This document shows, one piece after another, positions 1 through 10,426 of a DNA stretch of 64,000 bases. How positions within the stretch are numbered: position 1 is the first letter of the stretch; each line of letters starts with the position of its first letter. The notes beneath the pieces were generated by a model that searched no databases, was not told where the DNA came from, and saw nothing but the letters and a program-made list of their open reading frames with translations. This DNA is from Eledone cirrhosa (Eukaryota). The translations under genes and the position numbers were made by a program. The DNA is taken from the NCBI GenBank assembly GCA_964016885.1, contig OZ024751.1, positions 16,058,001-16,122,000 on the forward strand. Reading direction: 5' to 3'.

Positions 1-427
1 TAGAAATGATAACACACTTATCGAATTTATAAAAATAATATATAAATAACCAGCAAATAATCCTGAAATATTATAAATTAAATATTTTCAAATTTAACCG
101 TTTAACTTTCGGAAAAAATCTCCTTCTGCATATATCACCCCCACCCACCCTTTATCTTTCCCTCTTTATAAATCCTTTTCCAGTGGCTATCACTGGCTGT
201 TATGATTCATGAGACGTTTTCCTAGATATATCGTAGTATCATACATTTTAAAACTTTTAGAACAGTTACAGTAAGCAACGTTTTTCTTACTCACACATTC
301 TCTAATGAATTTATTACGTTTTCGCATTTTCTCATAATTAGGCTATATATGTAAAATCTTCTCTTGAGTTAATCACTACCTTGATTAAATCTTAACCATT
401 TAACATCTCAGGGTATGTCATGCATCA

Positions 428-488
428 TTATATTTTGTCTGATGAGGACGTACTGTTGTACATCCGAAATATGTATAATAAAATGTAA
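428..488 (+). ncRNA. Minimal type I hammerhead ribozyme motif (Penelope-like element pLTR type)
   Basis: TTATATTTTGT-CTGATGA-GGACGTAC tgtt GTACATCC-GAAA-TATGT-ATA-ATAAAATGTAA: 11-bp stem I (2 GU), intact core, hairpin stem II, quasi-palindromic stem III; predicted cut after 477; (TA)n tract about 140 nt downstream. Confidence 0.85.
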
Positions 489-625
489 TTGATCAAAAGA
501 ACATCTATTTTATTAATATTTATATTTTAATATTAATAACTCCGGAAAATTATTTTTTCCGTAGAGTGCTTCCAATCTACTGTAAAACTAATTCTTTGAC
601 ATAATCATTGAATATCGTTTAACAC

Positions 626-684
<59 letters not shown>

Positions 685-1331
685 TAAGAATATTTTCGAA
701 ACAGCGAGTTGATTTGAAATTATTAGAAATGTAAGCTTTCGCCGTATTTTGACTAAAGAAATTAAAGAAATTATTTCGCCTGATAGTGGGGTTAAGAACC
801 CTCGGAGAAATGGAAAAAGATGAGTATTGACCTACGTCAATACTCATCTTTTTCCATTTCTCCAAAATAATTATATTTCTAATAATATATATAAACTCGA
901 TTGTGACTAATTGTTGGTGAGAAATAATTTGCATAATTAAAAATAAAAGATTTAGGACGATTTAATGAAATAGACCAATAGTATGGATTAGGACAATTTA
1001 ATGAAGCGGAGACGTTACTCAACGACGTAAGCAACAACAAAAAGATAAACAAACAAACAAAAACCCATAGAAAAAAATCCTAATTTAAACATCCCTCTTA
1101 CTCTTCATCGTCACCGTCGTCATTGCTACCTATCCTCCTTCTCCTTCTCCTCCTCCTCCTCATCCTCCTCCTCACCCTCCTCTCCCCACCCTTTACTCTT
1201 TACATTCGGCCTATTTCTATTTCTATTTCTAGATCTTTATATTTGAATAGTTTCTACATTTCTTTGATAGATATATTGTCATCTGTGGGGATTGATACAC
1301 CAATTACATTCTTTCTGAGATTATCATTAAT

Positions 1332-1727
1332 AATTGTTTCTACTTTTGACACAAGGCCAGCAATTACCTGGTGTATTACTGGTACTTTATTTTATCGACC
1401 CCGTATAGATGAAAGGCAAAGTTAACCTCGGCGTGATTTGAACTCAGAATGGCAAGGGCCGTAACTCTATGCGTCAAAGCATGGCGTTCGACCCTCTAGC
1501 GATACTGCCAATCCACATTAATAATATCATTATTATTGGTTGATTGGCAATATCGGCAGAGAGTCGGACGCCATGCTTTGCAGCAGAGTTATGTCCTTTT
1601 ACGGACTGAGTTCAAATCCCGCCGAGGTTAACTTTGCCTTTTATCCTTACAGGCGATAAAATAAAGTACCAGTAATGTACTGGGTAATTACTGGCCTTGT
1701 GCCAAAACTAGAAACAATTATTATTAG
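1332..1727. mobile_element. Two tRNA-derived SINE copies, head-to-head (1332-1516 minus, 1537-1727 plus)
   Basis: A-box-like TGGCAATATCGGCAG, B box GAGTTCAAATCC, Deu/Nin-like core GCCTTTCATCCTTACGGGGTCGATAAAATAAAGTACCAG, ATT tail; the family recurs throughout the window. Confidence 0.85.
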
Positions 1728-1750
1728 TCTCCTTCTTCTTCTTCTTCTTC

Positions 1751-3216
1751 TTGAGCGAGGTGAAGAGCAGGCTGGCTTCTCTCACCCAGAAATGGGCCGA
1801 GAGGAGGCTGTCTCTGAAAGGTCGGACGGAGGTAGCGAATGCGTACATCGCGTCCGTCATCTGCTACCGCCTAACCGTCATACCTTGCTCCCGCCCAACT
1901 CTGACCAAAATGGAGCGCATTCTCTTCCGCCTTTTGTGGAAGGGACGCGCTCCCATGGTCAGACGATCCATCTGCTGTCAACCCCCGTTGCGTGGAGGAC
2001 TGGACATGCCATGGCTGATGATGCACAAACATGCGCTGAGGCTGCGACATCTCTGGTGCTTCCTTGACGGTGAACAGGTGTGGTCGCCTTTCGCCAGGCA
2101 CGTTTTTCCACAGCTCGTCTCCTTGACGGAGCTGCAGTCCTGGGTCATGAAAAGACCGAGGGATAGCGCTTGGAAACTGGTATGTCTCCAGGCGCTCACT
2201 GCCCTCTGCCAGCTGGGCACCAGTATCGGTGGAACATCCACCTCGGCGTTCTATAGAGGACTAGTGGAGGGGAAGAGCGACGACGTTCTCGGAGAGATCC
2301 TGGGCGTCCAAGAAGATCGGGTGTTTGCTTTCTTCCGGAGAACTTTCAGCCCAGGGCCTATGGATAACTTCCAAAAATCCCTGGTCTGGCAGTGCTACCG
2401 AGGAGCGTTGCCGGTTCGAGATAAGCTCTACAGGCACGGAAGTGCCGTCAGCCGAGCCTGTCCGAGATGCGCGCAGAGCGACGAAACCGTCGTACACGCA
2501 CCTGTTAAGTGCCCGAGCATTGCTGACTTGTGGAGCTATGTCGAACAGTTGCTGTCGCGTGTAGGACTGATCCGGTTATCGACTGAATCCATTGTGCAGA
2601 TGGTCTTGCCGTCTTCCTTTGAGGTGGAATGGCAGGCGGTTTTCATCTGCCTGGTGGCCATGGCGAAAGAGATTTTGTGGTGGACAAGGTTGAAAGTGTT
2701 AAAGACAGACACTTTACTCTTCGGCGAATCCCTAATTAACTTTTTCGAGTTTCACTTGAAGAGGAAAATCAGGGTGGAGATGCAAGTTCTGCCTTCTAGC
2801 AAGTTTGTTGAAAGGTGGGTGAATGTAGCGAGAATGGTCCGAGTGAAAGGGACCGCTCTGAATATACGTCTGTAGTTCGAGAAATGTAAAAATTGAGAGA
2901 CGGCTTTTGCCCTGGTGGTCAGGGTGACCGTGGTCTTTTGTGTGGTTTTCGCCACGAGTAGTAACCCTCGGAGGTTTCCCCCCTATTGGGGAATTTTTCA
3001 TTGTTTCAATTTTCATTTTTATTGTTTATATATATATATATATATATATATATGTTTCTATGTCTTTTTTTTTCTTTTCTTATATAAATAATAAAAATAT
3101 TTACACGCACAAAACCCACATCGTACCGTCCTGTACCGTCCTGTGCCGTCTGTAATGTTTTTCTTGATGTCAGCCCTTGTGGTCAATAAAGAAATCATTA
3201 TTATTATTATTATTAT
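1751..3216 (+). mobile_element. 5'-truncated L1/Tx1-clade LINE (diverged relative of the full-length copies)
   Basis: ORF 1751-2875 aligns with the C-terminal ~370 aa of ORF2 at 6128-9547 including CPRC...H...C; 3'UTR with AATAAA and (ATT)n tail; 5' junction in (CTT)n. Confidence 0.92.
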
Positions 3217-3240
3217 TTTTCATTGTTATTTTTTTGGTTA

Positions 3241-3353
3241 AATCCTCTGTTTTTGTTTTTTACACGCAGAAATGCCCATTTGTACCGTCCTGTACTGTCC
3301 TGTCCTGTCCTTAATGTCTACTTTATGTAAACCCTTGTGGTTAATAAAGAAAG

Positions 3354-3418
<65 letters not shown>
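3241..3418 (+). mobile_element. Tx1-like LINE 3'UTR fragment with long (ATT)n tail
   Basis: Matches the 3'UTR at ~9696-9810; AATAAAGAAAGC then (ATT)n. Confidence 0.88.
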
Positions 3419-3419
<1 letters not shown>

Positions 3420-3784
3420 CCCAGCATTTTGTTGAAAGATGGGGGAGAGAGGCAAGAATGGCCCGAGTGAATGGGCCTACTCTGAGTATGTATCTGTAAA
3501 TTAAAGGTGGAAAATTTGGAGAGGGCACTTGCCTGGTGGTTAGGGTCACTGTGTCTTTTTAATGGGCTTTCTCCCACGATTGTCCCTCCGAAGTCTCCCC
3601 CCTATTGGGGAATTTTTCATTGTTATTTTCATTGTTATTTTTGTTACATCCTCTGTTTTTGTTTTTTACACGCAGAAATGCCCATTTGTACCGTCCTGCA
3701 TTGTCCTGCACTGTCCTTAATGTCTACTTTATGTAAACCCTTGTGGTTAATAAAGAAATCATTATTATTATTATTATTATTATT
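3419..3784 (+). mobile_element. Tx1-like LINE 3' fragment (last ~26 codons of ORF2, 3'UTR, ATT tail)
   Basis: SQHFVERWGREARMARVNGPTLSMYL* followed by 3'UTR; recurs at 9848-10213. Confidence 0.92.
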
Positions 3785-3997
3785 GAATGCCATGGTTGAC
3801 GGAGGCTCGGCTCTGTAAGGTATAGTAATTTTTAACCGTTAAAACAATTGTAAATTGTTTAAAACTTGAACCAAATTGTTGATAAAGACACCCTCCTCCT
3901 CGTGAGAGGGGTCTTTCTGTCCGTTATTTGGCCCTTCGGGGTTAAATAGCCAGTTATTGGGGTTTTGTACCCAAAATTTCATTTTAAACAAAAAAAC

Positions 3998-6092
3998 ATG
4001 GCTACCAAAAAAAAAAAAATTTCATACGTCACTCCCACTCATTCTGTCTTCTTCTTCCTCAATCATCACTACAGGAGAGAGAAGATTGTCTCTCTCCCTC
4101 CCTTCTTTAAATGTGTCTCTCTCCCTACCTTCTCTTTCGCAAGCGACGAAAGAAAAGAAAAGTCTCGTGCAAAGCGTGCAAGGTTTCTCCACGACGACGA
4201 CGACAGCGACGAAACAGGTGTGCGGGAAATACGAAAACCCAGTTCATTCGTCTGACGTCAGGAATAATAGCAGTAGCAGCCGTAATAACAACAGCAACAG
4301 TGACAATGAAAACAACAGTAGCAGCCGCAACAGCATCACCAGCAGCATAAACAACAACAGCATTAGCAGCAGCAACACCAACAACAACCACAGCAACAGC
4401 GGCGGAGGCAGTAGTCGTAGTACCTGCAGCAACAACAAAAGTACCAGCAGCTCTGACGACAACAACAACAGCAGAGAAAAACCAATCTCATTTGCAGGTA
4501 TTGCGAAAAACCTGGAAACAATCCTCATAACAAATGAGGAATTAGAGGAAGCGAAGAAGATGGTGACAAAGAACGGACACCGAGCAATCTGCAAGGCAGC
4601 GAAAAATTTTTTCGAAACCCAAGAGCACTGTACGGTCACGTACCGTACAGTAAGTACAAAATCCCGTAGGGTGGAAAGAGCCACAGAGGCCCAAATACAA
4701 AAAGCCTTGGGGTCTGTGTGGCAGAGGAAAACGCACATCACCCGAGGCAAAAAATACGCCACCGTAGACGTACTTTTTGCCACACCCCAGGAGGCAAAGG
4801 CCCAATCAGTAGTGACCCTAAGGAGCGAGGAAATGGTGTTGGTGCCCTCCTACTGCGGGCAAAAAATTGTGAGGGTCAAACTGACCCACGTCCCCCCCGG
4901 AATGACCCCTTCTTGGCTGGCCGCGTCTGTCCTCGTCGGAATCGAGGACAAAACAACTGTACTGCAAGTACAGAAAAAAGTAAGAGAAGATTGGGTCGGC
5001 TCCTCCATTGAGATGCTAATCCAAACCAACCAGGAGTGCATCGAAGCTATCCCGGATGTGATAGACTTCGATAACGGCACTCAACTGCCCATAAGTGTTG
5101 AGGGCAAACGCCCGAAATGCTTTCGCTGTGGATCGAAGACTCACCTCAGGGCCTTCTGCAACGAGAAGACCCTGAGAAAGGAGAAAACCCCCCTCCTCCC
5201 GAATCCGGTTCCACGGCTACCAGCAACAGGACAAGCGGCAACCAGGAACGATAGGTCCGTGGCACCCATACCCACTCCACGGAAATCAAAGACAGCAGCA
5301 GCAGTGGAAATATTAACAACAACAACAGCAATACCAAATGCAGCTGCAACAGAGACTCCAGTGCAAACATCACCAACAACAACAAGTGAAAGAGTGGAGC
5401 TGGTACCCCTCCCCGACCTTACAGAATCAGACATGGAGTGTGAGGTGGGAGAGGGATGGCAAAAGGTCTCAAGAAGGCACAAACGCAGAAGCAGCGCATC
5501 GTCGCCTTTGAAAAGGGAGGAAAGAAATGAGAAAAGGGTAAAGTCTACTGCAAAGAGACCCACAGCAGCAACACCACCAACACCATCACCACCCACACCA
5601 GCACCACCATCACCACCGGCGACAACCCCACCGCCAACAACACCTTCAACACCACAAGCACCAACATCGCAAACACAACAACAAAACACACACACCCAGC
5701 AACAACGACAAGAAAATAGCAGAACCACACCCCACCCCCAGAAAAACAAATGCACGGCAATAAACACACACAACAAGAAACTAATGACTTACATAATTGA
5801 ACACACAGACATTTCACAACAGGACTACATAATACCAGCACCAATCAAAACGCCAACTAACATAAGACTGCTAAAAATAGCACAGAAACAATACACAAAC
5901 ATTAAAACGAAATTCCCCAACGCAGTTGGTGATTTCAGGGACCTAGGAGGAACCATTAATCGAAGAGTATATTCAGACATTCTCTTAGAAGAGCCGACGA
6001 CCAGCCGAAGGGACGATTCAACGGTCCCTTCACCAGACGATCAAGTGAAAAGGGATGTAAAAACCATCCCTCCTCTACCAAAAATACGGTAA
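3998..6092 (+). CDS. LINE ORF1, gag-like zinc-knuckle protein (ATG at 3998 is out of frame because of a 13-A tract)
   Basis: CFRCGSKTHLRAFC (CX2CX4HX4C); Ser/Asn and Pro/Thr low-complexity regions; copy 2 has 12 A and is in frame. Confidence 0.85.
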
Positions 6093-6127
6093 GTGGTCTT
6101 TCCCATCTTTTCCACTCTATTTTAAAC

Positions 6128-9100
6128 ATGACCTCACTCAGAATAGGCAGCATAAATGCGCGTGGCTTGGGGTCGTCATGGAAGCAGGGTCACCTGCTCA
6201 ACGACCTCAGGTCACTAAACATAGATGTAGTGGCCATCAGCGAGACCAGAATCTCCGAAGCACGGGCCTTCGCACCGATCTTCGGCGGCTACGATGTGTA
6301 CGCATCTCCCAGCCGTCCTGGATCGGGTGGAGGAGTTGCTGTGCTTTTTCGGAGAGGTTTGGATCTCGCCATACGGGCCATCTTCCTGGACCCAGAGGGT
6401 AAGCTGGTGGTGCTGGACGTGACCAGCGGAGACGGGCAAGCTTTCAGGCTAGTGGCCGTCTATGCCCCGACAGGAGCAGGGCGGCCTGATTTCTTCCGGC
6501 GTCTGGAGACCTTTCTTGGAACGTCGCGCTCTTTAGTGTTAGTGGGCGACTGGAACGGGATCTTAGATGCACGCTGGGACTGTGTGGGATTAGCGGATAG
6601 GGGTGGAGGGTGCAAGAGCCTCACCAACCTGCTCAGGCGTTTTGAACTGTCTGACAGGTACCGATTGGATTTCCCGAATGTGCCAATGTGGACTTGGACA
6701 AACCGCATAGGGTCATCCAGATCATATCTAGATAGAGTATTTTGTAGGGAAATAGATAGGTCTAGCATAGGCTGTCCACAATTCAAGATAGTCAGCTACA
6801 CGGACCACAAATTCGTGATCTGTGTGCTTGACTTAGATAGGCTTCATAGACGAGGACCCGGCTACTGGAAGCTAAACGCGTCCTTACCAGCGCGCAAGGC
6901 CTACAGAGACCGGATTAGCGAACTAGTTAAGCGGGCGTTGACGGGGGCCATCGTCAACAACAAGTGGTGGTTTGCTCTGAAAAGAGCGATTAGAATAGAA
7001 TCGATTAGGTTTAGTAAGGCTTTAGCAATAGAGAAAAATAGAGCAGAGGGAGAACTAGTTAGAAAATTAGACGAGGCGCTTAGCAAAGGCATTGCGACCG
7101 ACGTGCTTGCGGCGAAATTGGCCCTTGACCAATTCTTCAATGCAAAGCACGAAGGCTGCGTTGTCAGAGCTAGGGTGCGTGCTCTCAGACACGAGGGGAC
7201 GAAAGCCGTTCAATGGGCCCGAGTGGCGGAGGCGCGTCGTGGCAACAAAGCCACGATCCGGTCTTTGGTGGACCACGACGGGCGCATGCTACTCGATCCC
7301 GGGCAAATGTGTGAAGCTTTTCAGCGACACTTCGCTCAGCTGTTCGGGGGCAGCGGGGGGCCGGGTAGAGGGATGGACTTTAGTGTCTACCTCGACGGAC
7401 TGCCGCGGCTCTCGGCCACTGAGGCGAAGTGTTGCGAAAAGCCGATAACAGCCGCTGAAGTAAGGGAGGCAATGACTGGCTGCACAAGGGGTAAATCGCC
7501 TGGTTTGGATGGTCTGCCCTATGAACTTTACGTACAGATGCCAGACTTGTTCGGAGGCCTCTTGGCGGACGTCTACTGCAACTGGCAACAGAACGGGAGA
7601 ATTCCCAGTTCTGTGAGCCGAGGAGCGGTGGCACTGCTGAGAAAGGATCCGAACAAGGGGGATAACATAGACAATTTCCGGCCCATAACTCTGCTAAACA
7701 CAGAGTTTAAGATTTTGGCCAAGGTGCTAGCAAAGAGGTTGGCGCTTGTCGTTGGTGGTCTGGTGGGAGAGGCGCAGACATGCGCCATTCCCGACAGATC
7801 CATCCACGACAACCTCCACCTCATGCGATACATCGTAGAGAGGGTAGCTAGGGAACCTGGCACGGGTGGGTCCTTGATCAATTTAGATCAGTCGAAAGCT
7901 TTCGATAGGGTCGACCATCGTTACCTAGCGGCAGTCCTGAGGGCGGCTGGCTTTGGGCCCGTCTTCAGAGGCTGGATCGCTGCCATGCACAGCGACATCT
8001 GCTCTGTGGTGAGAGTGAACGGTCACCTGTCGGAACCGTTCAACATCATGCGCTCGGTCCGCCAAGGATGTCCCCTCTCGTCCCTCTTGTACGTATTGAC
8101 TCTCGAGCCATTACTGCACAAACTGGAGACGTTGAGGGGAGTCCCGCGCGAACTAGGATGCGGAAGATCCGTGTCAGCATATGCGGACGATGTCACCGTA
8201 GTGGTGTCGAACGCCAAACACATCGAGGCGATCGGCACTACACTAAGAGAATACGAAGCGGTGACAGGAGCAATGATCAACCAGGAAAAGTCAGTGGGCC
8301 TGCAGCTCGGCACCTGGAGAGGCAGGTCCATGCCGTCCAACAGCGTCGTCGGGCGCTGGACGGACGGACCGGTTAAATTGCTAGGGGTCTGGTTCGGTCC
8401 GGACCTCCAGACGGACAAAAACTGGGACGAGGTGACGAGCAGAGTGGCTTCTCTCACCCAGAAATGGGCGGAGAGGAAGCTATCCCTGAAAGGTCGAGCG
8501 GAGGTGGCTAACGCGTACATCGCGTCTGTCATCTGCTACCGCCTAACCGTCGTACCTTGTCCTAAGCCTCGCCTGACTGCGCTGGAGCGTTTGCTCTTTC
8601 GCTTTTTGTGGAAGGGACGTGCTCCGATGGTCAGGCGGTCCATCTGTTGTCAACACCCGCTACGTGGAGGGCTGGGCATGCCGTGGCTGATGATGCGCAG
8701 GCACGCGCTCAGGCTACGACATCTCCACCTCTTCCTCGACGGTGATCAGGTGTGGTCGCCGTTTGCTAGACGCGTTTTTCCCCAGCTCGTTTCCTTGACG
8801 GAGCTGCAGTCCTGGGTCAAGCGAAGACCGAGAGGGAGCGCCTGGAGACTGGAATGTCTTCAGGCGCTCACAGCCCTCGACCAATCGGGCAATGTGATCG
8901 GTGGAAACTCCACCTCGGCGTTCTATAGAGGATTAGTGGAGGGGAAGAGCGACGACGTACTTGGGGAAACTCTAGGCGTCGACGAAAATCAACTAGCCAA
9001 TCTCTTCGGAAGAACTTTCGGGCCAGGGCCTATGGACAACTTCCAGAAATCTCTGGCCTGGCAGTGCTACCGAGGAGCCTTGCCAGTTCGGGATAAACTC

Positions 9101-9547
9101 TACAGGCATGGAGGTGCCGTCAGCCGGGCATGTCCGAGATGCGCGCAGGGCGACGAAACCGTCCTGCACGCACTCGTCCAGTGTCCGAAAATTGCTGACT
9201 TGTGGGTTTATGTCGAACACCTGCTGTCGCGTTTAGGACGGATCCAGCTATCATCTGAGTCTATCGTGAGGATTGCCCCGCCCTCCTCCTTTAGCCGGGA
9301 AGGGCAGGCAGTTTTTATCTGTCTGGTGGCCATGGCGAAAGAGATAGTATGGTGGACACGTTTGAAAGGGCTGAAGACGAGCACTTACCTCTTCGGTGAT
9401 GCTCTGATTGACTTTTTCAAATTTCATTTGAAAAGGAAAATCAGAGTAGAAAAGGAAGTGCTCTCTTCCCAGCATTTTGTTGAAAGATGGGTGAGAGAAG
9501 CAAGAATGGCCCGAGTGAATGGGCCGACTCTGAGTATATATCTGTAA
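6128..9547 (+). CDS. LINE ORF2: AP-like endonuclease + reverse transcriptase + C-terminal CCHC finger, 1139 aa
   Basis: APE motifs SINARGL, AISET, VYAP, GDWN, YLDR, TDHK; RT motifs KSPGLDGL, FRPITLLN, DQSKAFDRVDH, VRQGCPLS, YADD; CPRCAQGDETVLHALVQC. Confidence 0.97.
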   Translation: MTSLRIGSINARGLGSSWKQGHLLNDLRSLNIDVVAISETRISEARAFAPIFGGYDVYASPSRPGSGGGVAVLFRRGLDLAIRAIFLDPEGKLVVLDVTSGDGQAFRLVAVYAPTGAGRPDFFRRLETFLGTSRSLVLVGDWNGILDARWDCVGLADRGGGCKSLTNLLRRFELSDRYRLDFPNVPMWTWTNRIGSSRSYLDRVFCREIDRSSIGCPQFKIVSYTDHKFVICVLDLDRLHRRGPGYWKLNASLPARKAYRDRISELVKRALTGAIVNNKWWFALKRAIRIESIRFSKALAIEKNRAEGELVRKLDEALSKGIATDVLAAKLALDQFFNAKHEGCVVRARVRALRHEGTKAVQWARVAEARRGNKATIRSLVDHDGRMLLDPGQMCEAFQRHFAQLFGGSGGPGRGMDFSVYLDGLPRLSATEAKCCEKPITAAEVREAMTGCTRGKSPGLDGLPYELYVQMPDLFGGLLADVYCNWQQNGRIPSSVSRGAVALLRKDPNKGDNIDNFRPITLLNTEFKILAKVLAKRLALVVGGLVGEAQTCAIPDRSIHDNLHLMRYIVERVAREPGTGGSLINLDQSKAFDRVDHRYLAAVLRAAGFGPVFRGWIAAMHSDICSVVRVNGHLSEPFNIMRSVRQGCPLSSLLYVLTLEPLLHKLETLRGVPRELGCGRSVSAYADDVTVVVSNAKHIEAIGTTLREYEAVTGAMINQEKSVGLQLGTWRGRSMPSNSVVGRWTDGPVKLLGVWFGPDLQTDKNWDEVTSRVASLTQKWAERKLSLKGRAEVANAYIASVICYRLTVVPCPKPRLTALERLLFRFLWKGRAPMVRRSICCQHPLRGGLGMPWLMMRRHALRLRHLHLFLDGDQVWSPFARRVFPQLVSLTELQSWVKRRPRGSAWRLECLQALTALDQSGNVIGGNSTSAFYRGLVEGKSDDVLGETLGVDENQLANLFGRTFGPGPMDNFQKSLAWQCYRGALPVRDKLYRHGGAVSRACPRCAQGDETVLHALVQCPKIADLWVYVEHLLSRLGRIQLSSESIVRIAPPSSFSREGQAVFICLVAMAKEIVWWTRLKGLKTSTYLFGDALIDFFKFHLKRKIRVEKEVLSSQHFVERWVREARMARVNGPTLSIYL

Positions 9548-9808
9548 ACTAAAGGTGGAAAACTGGGAGAGGGCACTTGCCTTGGTGGTCAGGGTCATTG
9601 TGGCTTTTTACTGGGCTTTCTCCACAAATGTCCCTCCGAAGTCTCCCCCCTATTGGGGAATTTTTCATTGTTATTTTCATTGTTATTTTTGTTACATCCT
9701 CTATTTTTGTTTTTTTTACACGCAGAAATGCCCATTTGTACCGTCCTGCATTGTCCTGCACTGTCCTTAATGTCTACTTTATGTAAACCCTTGTGGTTAA
9801 TAAAGAAA

Positions 9809-9847
<39 letters not shown>

Positions 9848-9848
<1 letters not shown>

Positions 9849-10213
9849 CCCAGCATTTTGTTGAAAGATGGGGGAGAGAGGCAAGAATGGCCCGAGTGAA
9901 TGGGCCTACTCTGAGTATGTATCTGTAAATTAAAGGTGGAAAATTTGGAGAGGGCACTTGCCTGGTGGTTAGGGTCACTGTGTCTTTTTAATGGGCTTTC
10001 TCCCACGATTGTCCCTCCGAAGTCTCCCCCCTATTGGGGAATTTTTCATTGTTATTTTCATTGTTATTTTTGTTACATCCTCTGTTTTTGTTTTTTACAC
10101 GCAGAAATGCCCATTTGTACCGTCCTGCATTGTCCTGCACTGTCCTTAATGTCTACTTTATGTAAACCCTTGTGGTTAATAAAGAAATCATTATTATTAT
10201 TATTATTATTATT
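9848..10213 (+). mobile_element. Tx1-like LINE 3' fragment, duplicate of 3419-3784
   Basis: Same breakpoint and same diagnostic bases as 3419-3784 (offset 6429). Confidence 0.92.
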
Positions 10214-10426
10214 GAATGCCATGGTTGACGGAGGCTCGGCTCTGTAAGGTATAGTAATTTTTAACCGTTAAAACAATTGTAAATTGTTTAAAACTTGAAC
10301 CAAATTGTTGATAAAGACACCCTCCTCCTCGTGAGAGGGGTCTTTCTGTCCGTTATTTGGCCCTTCGGGGTTAAATAGCCAGTTATTGGGGTTTTGTACC
10401 CAAAATTTCATTTTAAACAAAAAAAC

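Larger units (their letters stand above)
3785..9847 (+). mobile_element. Full-length L1/Tx1-clade non-LTR retrotransposon, copy 1
   Basis: 5' leader, ORF1, ORF2 (APE-RT-CCHC), 3'UTR, AATAAA and (ATT)n tail; (ATT)n on both flanks. Confidence 0.95.

Noticed and set aside
3810-3835. Spliced-leader-like AAG|GTA plus U-rich Sm-like site
   Set aside because: The Sm consensus lacks the closing G and there is no other SL RNA evidence.
3883-3916. CTCCTCGT resembling an HDV ribozyme L3 loop
   Set aside because: It lies within a simple hairpin; no compatible P1, P1.1 or J4/2 follows.
4007-4023. Programmed ribosomal frameshift at the ORF1 A-tract
   Set aside because: Copy 2 is in frame with 12 A; the 13-A version needs a +1 shift and is more simply slippage or a homopolymer error.
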